Shown: positions 15,968-22,013 of the stretch, in pieces
Layout: each line of letters starts with the position of its first letter
Numbering within the stretch: the stretch's first letter is position 1
Notes under the pieces: generated by a model
What the model was told of the DNA's origin: nothing
Seen by the model: the letters and a program-made list of their open reading frames with translations, nothing else
The model's database searches: none
Translations under genes and position numbers: made by a program
Assembly (NCBI GenBank): GCA_964548195.1
Contig: CAZJQC010000023.1
Coordinates: 1-22,013 of the forward strand
DNA: 22,013 nucleotides
Source of the DNA: an uncultured bacterium
Lineage (GTDB): Bacteria; Macinerneyibacteriota; Macinerneyibacteria; Macinerneyibacteriales; DSCS01
Direction: 5' to 3'

Positions 15968-17213
15968 ACACATCCCCCAGCAGATAAAACGAGCCGTGTA
16001 CAACGATAATATCACCGGGATCAGAAATTTCCAAAGCATGCGCAACGGCTTCCAGCGGATCTTTAACCACCAGGAATGGCTTGACTATCCTTGCCATCTC
16101 CTCCGGGTCTTCCGCTCTGAATGAAGAGTTGGCCGTATATATTGATATGGCCTTGGAACGTTTTACGACTTCAAGCATGCCGCGTATAGCCTTGCCTGAC
16201 GAGAAGGACGTGACGGACCAGACCTTTTTTCCGCCGAAGCGTTCGGAAATCACGTCGAACAACGCTTCCACGGATTCTACTGTATGCCCGGTGTCAAAGA
16301 CCATGACGCGCCCCTTTTTTTCAAAGATCTCCACGCGTCCCTTTATCTCGGTCTTCTCCATCCCTTCAAGCGCCGCGCTTTCACCGCCTTTTAACATGCC
16401 GGAGACATGCAGGGCCGCCATGGCGCATGCGCAGTTGTTCATCTGATGCCTGCCCGCCGCCTTAAGGCTCACCGGGCCCAGGTCTTTTTCGGCGATCATG
16501 ATATGGCCGTCCTTTACGAAAAAATCTCTTCCGAACACAAACGGCATCGCGCCGGCCGTCGAAGCGCGATCGACAAGGAAATCCGTTATCCCTTCCTTTT
16601 GCGGGCCTATGACAACAGGCACGCCGGTCTTCATGATGCCGGCTTTTTCAAACGCGATCTTTTCCAGCGTGTCGCCTAAAGTCTCGGTATGGTCCAGGGC
16701 TACCGTGTTGATCACACATGCTTTCGGCAGGACCACGTTCGTGCTGTCAAGCCGTCCGCCCATGCCGACTTCATATACCGCGTAATCAGCCTTTTTTTCT
16801 TTGAAATAAATGAAACTCATCAATGTGATCAGCTCAAAAAATGTCCTGTATCTCTTTTCTCTTCCCTCCGTTTCCGGAGCGATCCTTTCGACAATACCGG
16901 CGAACTCCGCTTCGGATATCCACTCTTCCCCCATCCTGATGCGTTCCCTTACATTGACGATATGGGGCGATGTAAAGGAACCGGTCTTATAACCCATGCT
17001 CATCAGGGCGTCCTTTATAAACTCGACGACGGAACCCTTGCCCTTTGTGCCCGTGACGTGAAAACAGGGCACGTCAGACTGGGGGCTCCCGAATCTCCGG
17101 GTCAGCTCCATAAAGGATTCAAGGTTATAATGATCCGCATCATAGACGACATCTTTTTTCTTTTCATAGTTTATGAACGAATTGAGGTATGCGAGAGCCT
17201 GTTTAAAATCCAT
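15951..17213 (-). CDS. folC: Folylpolyglutamate synthase/dihydrofolate synthase
   Basis: HVTGTKGKGS, FTSPH...RERI, TFFELIT, EVGMGGRLDSTNV, LDHTETLG.TLEKIAFEKAGI, HQMNN, DTGHT, GSFYL. ATG 17213 has GGAG at 6 nt; an alternative ATG is at 17219. Confidence 0.93.
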   Translation of the reverse strand: MDFKQALAYLNSFINYEKKKDVVYDADHYNLESFMELTRRFGSPQSDVPCFHVTGTKGKGSVVEFIKDALMSMGYKTGSFTSPHIVNVRERIRMGEEWISEAEFAGIVERIAPETEGREKRYRTFFELITLMSFIYFKEKKADYAVYEVGMGGRLDSTNVVLPKACVINTVALDHTETLGDTLEKIAFEKAGIMKTGVPVVIGPQKEGITDFLVDRASTAGAMPFVFGRDFFVKDGHIMIAEKDLGPVSLKAAGRHQMNNCACAMAALHVSGMLKGGESAALEGMEKTEIKGRVEIFEKKGRVMVFDTGHTVESVEALFDVISERFGGKKVWSVTSFSSGKAIRGMLEVVKRSKAISIYTANSSFRAEDPEEMARIVKPFLVVKDPLEAVAHALEISDPGDIIVVHGSFYLLGDVYERFR

Positions 17214-17273
17214 ATTCATCTCCGTTTTTACCTTTAAATATCACACTAAATATATAATTTAAAAGGCATGATG

Positions 17274-17311
17274 AAAAGAAAGATGGCGGGACGGCATACA
17301 CCGTCCCGCCA
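17274..17311 (-). terminator. Intrinsic terminator after the oxidoreductase operon
   Basis: 11-bp perfect stem TGGCGGGACGG/CCGTCCCGCCA (17284-17311), followed on the minus strand by TCTTTCTTTT, just after the stop at 17316. Confidence 0.8.
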
Positions 17312-17315
17312 AATA

Positions 17316-18473
17316 TTATTTAAACGCTTCCTGGCCGCTGAAGTCTCTGTAGAGAGAGAGGTCTTCCAGGATCTCCTTGTCTTTGGGATCCAGCATGCCC
17401 ATGAGGTCGCGGGCGGCGTAATAACCCATGCCGGGGCCGAGCATATAACCCTGCCCGCACATGCCCACGAGATTGTAATAACCCTTCACTTCCCTGGCAT
17501 AGCCCACGATGGGGAAACCGTCGGGTGTGTTGGGGTAAAGCCCGCGCCATGTCCTTCTCACGTTGAGATTTTTCAGTATCGGCATGAGGTCTATCATGCG
17601 CTTTGAGATCTGCGGCAGAAACACCGACGTGGGTTTCTCATCCGTTCCGACTATTGACGGCGACGGCGTGATGCAGAATATGAACTGCCCTGTCTTATGC
17701 TGGTAGAAATAATAGTTGTTTGAACCCGGCGCTTTCCTCATATCCACGATCATGGTGGGCAGTATCATCTCCACGGCATCGGAGATGGCGCCTTCATGCG
17801 AATCGGGATTCACCGGCACTTCAAGTCCGGCCATAGCGCCGATCTGCCGCGCATAAGCGCCCGCGGCGTTGACCACTGTCCCACAGCCGTATGTGCCTTT
17901 GTCGGTAGTGACTGACATGACTTTGCCGTCCTTCACTTCCATGTCTTTTACCTTTTCCTTGAACCTGAACTCCACCCCAAGCTTCAAAGCCCTGAAATAA
18001 AAGGCGTTGGCGCTTCTCATGGGGGAAGCGGAACCGTCGTCAGGCGAGAACGTGCCGCCGCGCAGCCCCTCGGGGTTGATCATGGGGAACATCTTCAGAT
18101 ATTCGTCCCTGTCATACCAGTCGATATTAAGCCCGAGTTTTTTCTGTTTGACAAGCAGGTCCTTGAAGACCTTCTCGTGCTCTTCGGTATATGCGGGATA
18201 AGAGTAGCCGCCTTTTTCCCATTCTATGTTGTCGCCGTGTTTTTCTTCCCAGGTGGAGAAGATCTCCAGGCTTTTATGGCAGATGAGTATCTTGGACCTG
18301 TCAGAATGGGTGGCGCGTATGCCGCCGATAGCCCTTTTGTTCTGGCCCTGGCCGGGAGAGGGTTTTTCTTCGATGACAAGCACCTTTTGACCCAGTTCGG
18401 CAAGTTCCATGGCCATGGGCGTGCCCACGCTGCCCGCGCCGATGATGATCACATCGTAATTTTTCATATTCAT
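17316..18473 (-). CDS. FAD-dependent D-amino-acid-oxidase-family oxidoreductase (sarcosine oxidase beta / dye-linked proline dehydrogenase beta-like)
   Basis: YDVIIIGAGSVG, VVNAAGAYA..IG.M.G, RRTWRGLYPNTPDGFPIVG, GMCGQGYMLGPGMG. ATGA overlap with the upstream large-subunit gene. Confidence 0.88.
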   Translation of the reverse strand: MNMKNYDVIIIGAGSVGTPMAMELAELGQKVLVIEEKPSPGQGQNKRAIGGIRATHSDRSKILICHKSLEIFSTWEEKHGDNIEWEKGGYSYPAYTEEHEKVFKDLLVKQKKLGLNIDWYDRDEYLKMFPMINPEGLRGGTFSPDDGSASPMRSANAFYFRALKLGVEFRFKEKVKDMEVKDGKVMSVTTDKGTYGCGTVVNAAGAYARQIGAMAGLEVPVNPDSHEGAISDAVEMILPTMIVDMRKAPGSNNYYFYQHKTGQFIFCITPSPSIVGTDEKPTSVFLPQISKRMIDLMPILKNLNVRRTWRGLYPNTPDGFPIVGYAREVKGYYNLVGMCGQGYMLGPGMGYYAARDLMGMLDPKDKEILEDLSLYRDFSGQEAFK

Positions 18474-20554
18474 TCACCATCCTTTATTCCGGCGAATCTT
18501 TTTAAAGGCGTATCGAAGAACAGCGGCCTCATGGTATCCTTTGTCACATCGTCCATGGGTATGCCCGCTTCGCGCATAAGCCTAAGGATAATGCTCTGAC
18601 AGGTCTTTCCGCCGCATGCCCCCATGCCCGCTCTTGTGATTGCCTTGATCTGGTTTATATCGGTTATTCCCTTGTTGATCAGTTCCCTGATCTCGCCGGC
18701 GGTGACGCGTTCGCATCTGCAGACGATCTCATCATCCCTGATCTCCGGAATATACTCATTCAGGGGATCGGTTATATTATGGTCGTCCTGAATGATAAGC
18801 CCCGCGGCTTTTTTGGCCTCTTCGGCGGGAAGTCTGAACTGAACAAGATATGTGTTGGTCACTTTGCCCGCTTTTTTAACGCTTATGACCTCATACTCAC
18901 CCAGATGAGCGCCCTCTTTATCCGTTATCATCGCCTTATCACCGGCTTCAAGCGCCTTGCCGCCGAACTCATAGGGCAATGTGATGGTGGGCATATCATT
19001 GTCTTTCCTGAAATCCACCAGCGTCACGGCCAGGCCGGGACAGATGGCCACGCACTGCATGCACCCGATGCAGCCGTTTTCCTCTTTAAAAACAGGCACG
19101 TCCATCATGTTGTCGGGATCTATGTATATGGCGTTTTTCGGGCAGACGGAAGTACAGGGGTTACAGGGTATTTCCTGGCCGCAGTTGAACACGGGGTAGA
19201 CGCCCTGATTCCTGCCTTCTCTGTTGACCGGCACGTCGTCTCCGGGCTTGCTTTTCAATATCTTCATCTTTACGGCCCATTCGCCGGGTATATCCGATTT
19301 TGAAAGGCCCAGTTTCTTTGCGATCTCCACACCTTTTATCTTGCCGCTGAACATGGCGGCGCTGGCTTCGGCGATCTCTTCTGCGTCGCCCGCGACATAA
19401 GTCTCCATGCCGAAATCCACGGCCTGAAGATAAAACTCGTTCACGGGGTCAAGGCCCACGGCGACAAGCAATGTGTCGCATGCGAATGTCTTTTCGGTGC
19501 CTTTGACTATATTGAACTTCTCGTCCACTTCAGCCACGGTGACGGATTCGACGGAGTCTTTTCCGTTCGCGCTTACCACTGTATGGCGCGTATAGACAGG
19601 CACGCCCATGCGCACCAGCTTGTCCTTATGGACTTTATAGCCGCCCACTTCTTTCTGCGCCTCTATAAGGCCGGCCACGTCTATCCCTGCCTGCAGGGCG
19701 TGATAGCCCGCAATAAGTCCGACATTGCCGCCTCCCACGATAAACAATCTGTCAGAGGCCTTTACAAGGTCTCGGTTGACAAGCGTCTGAAAGGCGCCGG
19801 CGCCGTACACGCCGGGCAATGTGTTGCCCGGGAAGGGCAGGCTTTTCTCACGCGCGCCGGTGGCGTTCAGTAATATCTTCGGTGTGACAAGTATGTATTC
19901 ACTGTTGTCTTTTAATATCCCCACTTTTTTATCGCTGTAGACGGCTATGGCGGAAGAATTCAGCCATATATCCGCATTATTAAATTTCCTGAGTTCGCTT
20001 TCAAGGATCCCGCCGATCTCATAACCTCTTGTGCCGGCGAACGAGTCTTTTACGGACCCGAAAAACTTATGTGTCTGGAGCACCAGTTTTCCGCCGAGTT
20101 TATCCTTATCATCGATGAGAAGCACCTTTGCCCCGGCTTTTCCGAGTTCGATCGCCGCGGTAAGCCCCGCGGGCCCGCCTCCTATTATAAGCACGTCCGT
20201 CGCCAGTTCCCTGATCTCCGCCGTTTCCACAGGCTCCGCGTCATCGGGCAGGGCGGGCAATCCGCGCAGAGGCTCGATGCGCATGCCTTCTTCCAGTTTT
20301 GTCATGCATGATTTCAAAGGCTTGCCGTTTACGATCACGGTGCACTGGCCGCATTGTCCGTTGGCGCAGAACAACCCCAGTGGCGCGCCGTCTTTCTGAT
20401 GATACGAAAATATTCTGATACCATTTGCGAAAAGGGCGGCTGATATCATCTCGCCTTCTTTTCCGCTGTACTGATTACCTTCCCAGAAGAAAGTAACATC
20501 TTTCTTTTCGGGGACATCCAGAACCGGATGTTCCGTGATCCTGTAATCTGCCAT
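18470..20554 (-). CDS. Fused Fe-S flavoprotein: 2Fe-2S + pyridine nucleotide-disulfide oxidoreductase + 2x4Fe-4S ferredoxin + BFD-like 2Fe-2S (sarcosine oxidase alpha / proline dehydrogenase alpha-like)
   Basis: FCANGQCGQC...KSC; IIGGGPAG; IVGGGNVG; CGQEIPCNPCTSVCP and CIGCMQCVAICP; VCRCERVT...GMGACGGKTC. GGAGGAGG RBS. Confidence 0.9.
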   Translation of the reverse strand: MADYRITEHPVLDVPEKKDVTFFWEGNQYSGKEGEMISAALFANGIRIFSYHQKDGAPLGLFCANGQCGQCTVIVNGKPLKSCMTKLEEGMRIEPLRGLPALPDDAEPVETAEIRELATDVLIIGGGPAGLTAAIELGKAGAKVLLIDDKDKLGGKLVLQTHKFFGSVKDSFAGTRGYEIGGILESELRKFNNADIWLNSSAIAVYSDKKVGILKDNSEYILVTPKILLNATGAREKSLPFPGNTLPGVYGAGAFQTLVNRDLVKASDRLFIVGGGNVGLIAGYHALQAGIDVAGLIEAQKEVGGYKVHKDKLVRMGVPVYTRHTVVSANGKDSVESVTVAEVDEKFNIVKGTEKTFACDTLLVAVGLDPVNEFYLQAVDFGMETYVAGDAEEIAEASAAMFSGKIKGVEIAKKLGLSKSDIPGEWAVKMKILKSKPGDDVPVNREGRNQGVYPVFNCGQEIPCNPCTSVCPKNAIYIDPDNMMDVPVFKEENGCIGCMQCVAICPGLAVTLVDFRKDNDMPTITLPYEFGGKALEAGDKAMITDKEGAHLGEYEVISVKKAGKVTNTYLVQFRLPAEEAKKAAGLIIQDDHNITDPLNEYIPEIRDDEIVCRCERVTAGEIRELINKGITDINQIKAITRAGMGACGGKTCQSIILRLMREAGIPMDDVTKDTMRPLFFDTPLKRFAGIKDGE

Positions 20555-20630
20555 TTTTCCTCCTCCGATATATCCAAACGGCCTCGCTGAAAGGCCTTAA
20601 AATTGCGTGGTATTGGCTTAACGCACAGTG

Positions 20631-20658
20631 ATTATAACAGTAGAAAAATGCGTGTAAA
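20631..20658 (-). promoter_or_regulatory. Putative sigma-70 promoter of the oxidoreductase operon
   Basis: Minus strand reads TTTACA-N16-TATAAT with an extended -10 (TGtTATAAT), about 75 nt upstream of the ATG. Confidence 0.65.
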
Positions 20659-20772
20659 TTATTTTTTAGGCAAATATTAAGGAAAGCGTAAAAAAAATCT
20701 GCCGCTGCCTCATTAAGTTAAATGCACAAGAAAAATTCCTGAATTTCTTCATCGAATCCAATTGAGAACCTG

Positions 20773-20801
20773 AAAAAAAGGGCGGGAATATCCGCCCCTT
20801 T
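20773..20801 (-). terminator. Intrinsic terminator after the beta-barrel paralogs
   Basis: Minus strand reads GGGCGG-loop-CCGCCC followed by TTTTTTT, immediately after the stop at 20806. Confidence 0.8.
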
Positions 20802-20805
20802 ATTA

Positions 20806-21540
20806 TCATAACTTAACCACCATGAATAGATTCATGAAAAAACCGCTGGAGTCAAGATCGATGGTCATACTTTCCCACTCAGGTGCCCATTCTACCTGGT
20901 TCGGGTAATGGTTTTCAATCTCTTTCATGGGGAAATATCTGTAACCTGTATCAATCCCGAGATGAAAACACCTCCACATATTCTTTTCAACACCCATTGA
21001 AGGCATCAGTAAAAACCCGGCCGTGTCAAATTCCTGTCGTGAAAAATCAGTAACAACATAATCCCCGAGTTCATATCGATCATAGTAATCATGGAATATT
21101 GCATTACCCCAGCCTATCCTCAATCCCGCATACAAAGATTCATATATATTGTATTTCGCCGATAAATAAAACAGATTATATTTTATCTCATCTTTATACT
21201 GCTCATAGATAGGTCCTATCAACGGCGAGTAACTTACTTGTTCCGCATAATTTTCACACGACATGCGCATATACCCTGTTCCCACTCTGAGTTTCGGTGA
21301 GATGCAGTAATGCATTTCGTACAGATACAACCCTCCGGACATATTTTCATCAAACTTGTCATATGAGATCATATAGAGCTTCTCTGAAAAAATGTGATTT
21401 GCAGTTTTATAATCATCCTTAAGATCACTGAGTCCAAACGTACTGAATCCACCGCCAAAAGTTAATTCGAACCCACCGGCAAAAATATTTGCAACTGCCA
21501 GCAGGATAAATACAGAAGTAAAGATAACTTCTTTTTTCAT
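20806..21540 (-). CDS. Exported protein, probable outer-membrane beta-barrel (OmpA/OmpW-like size)
   Basis: Signal peptide MKKEVIFTSVFILLAVANIFA. Alternating aromatic/Gly strands (FELTFGGGF, LRVGTGY, LYAGLRIGWG, FHLGIDTGYRY) and a terminal strand GFFMNLFMVVKL. AAGGGAG RBS. Confidence 0.7.
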   Translation of the reverse strand: MKKEVIFTSVFILLAVANIFAGGFELTFGGGFSTFGLSDLKDDYKTANHIFSEKLYMISYDKFDENMSGGLYLYEMHYCISPKLRVGTGYMRMSCENYAEQVSYSPLIGPIYEQYKDEIKYNLFYLSAKYNIYESLYAGLRIGWGNAIFHDYYDRYELGDYVVTDFSRQEFDTAGFLLMPSMGVEKNMWRCFHLGIDTGYRYFPMKEIENHYPNQVEWAPEWESMTIDLDSSGFFMNLFMVVKL

Positions 21541-21552
21541 GATATGTCTCCC

Positions 21553-22013
21553 TTACATCTTAATAACTACAAACATATTCAGAAAGAAGCCGCTGGAGTC
21601 AAGATCGATCGTTGTACTTTTCCATTCCGGATCCCCGTCTACCTGGTTCGGGTAATAATGCTCAATATCCTTCATGTCAAGATGACGATATCCGGCTTCA
21701 ATACCAAGATTGAAACACCGCCACATATTCTTTTCCAATCCCACCGAAGACATCAGAAGAAAACCGTTTGTATCATATTCCTGTCTTGAAAATTCACTGG
21801 GAACATAAGTCATATATTCATATAAATCATAGTAATCATGATATATTGCTGTTCCCCAGCCTAATCGTAATCCTGCATATAAAGCCTTAAAGACATTGTA
21901 TTTCGCTGATAAATAGAACAAATTATATTTTATTTCATCGTTGTATTTCAGAAACACGCCTGAGATTATCGGAGACGAAAATGTATATTTTGCATGGTTT
22001 TCCATTACAAGCC
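21553..22013 (-). CDS. Paralog of 20806..21540 (probable outer-membrane beta-barrel), 5' end beyond the window
   Basis: The frame stays open past the ATG at 22005 to the window edge. It aligns without gaps to the C-terminal 149 aa of the neighbour, 97/149 identical by hand count. Confidence 0.75.
   Translation of the reverse strand, partial: LVMENHAKYTFSSPIISGVFLKYNDEIKYNLFYLSAKYNVFKALYAGLRLGWGTAIYHDYYDLYEYMTYVPSEFSRQEYDTNGFLLMSSVGLEKNMWRCFNLGIEAGYRHLDMKDIEHYYPNQVDGDPEWKSTTIDLDSSGFFLNMFVVIKM

Noticed and set aside
15968..16045. Hydrophobic N-terminal extension on the ECF sigma (track start 16045), suggesting a membrane-tethered sigma
   Set aside because: It lies wholly within the folC coding region. 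The ATG at 15967 has a plausible SD and gives a normal 197-aa ECF sigma.
15951..18473. Functional link between folC and a folate-dependent sarcosine oxidase
   Set aside because: A strong terminator separates them, and the large subunit lacks the folate-binding GcvT-like domain.
197..20399. Numerous plus-strand ORFs in the track (e.g. 662..1381, 2017..2820, 8004..8831, 9333..10253, 15266..15958)
   Set aside because: Apart from the TPR gene, they lie antisense to well-supported minus-strand genes, show no recognisable motifs, and are typical shadow ORFs.
1..22013. CRISPR arrays, IS elements, rRNA or known riboswitches
   Set aside because: No regularly spaced repeats, transposase motifs or recognisable RNA consensus were found by eye. 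A covariance-model scan was not possible.

Overview
Gene-dense chromosomal window from a probably anaerobic, diderm bacterium. GC is about 50-55% by eye, dropping to about 35% in the last 1.3 kb, and almost all genes are on the minus strand. In transcription order it contains: two tandem, low-GC paralogous outer-membrane beta-barrel-like genes (one cut by the window edge); a two-gene amino-acid/imino-acid dehydrogenase operon whose large subunit fuses 2Fe-2S, FAD/NAD, 2x4Fe-4S and BFD-like modules; folC - ECF sigma - 2-TM protein - secreted FecR-like protein; an FGE-sulfatase-fold exported protein; a divergent TPR protein (+); three tandem M42 aminopeptidases followed by a sigma-54 activator with no sensory domain; tRNA-Leu(CAA) (+); yjbQ; and a tightly coupled run FecR-like - surE - cNMP-binding x2 - GAF/PAS(Cys4)/PP2C phosphatase - glf - amidohydrolase - ZIP transporter (partial). 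No mobile element, CRISPR array or rRNA was seen. The best candidates for an undescribed system are the SurE/twin cNMP-sensor/Cys-PAS PP2C signalling cassette and the ECF sigma/2-TM/secreted FecR-like module with its paralog. All calls come from motif reading by eye; no searches were run.
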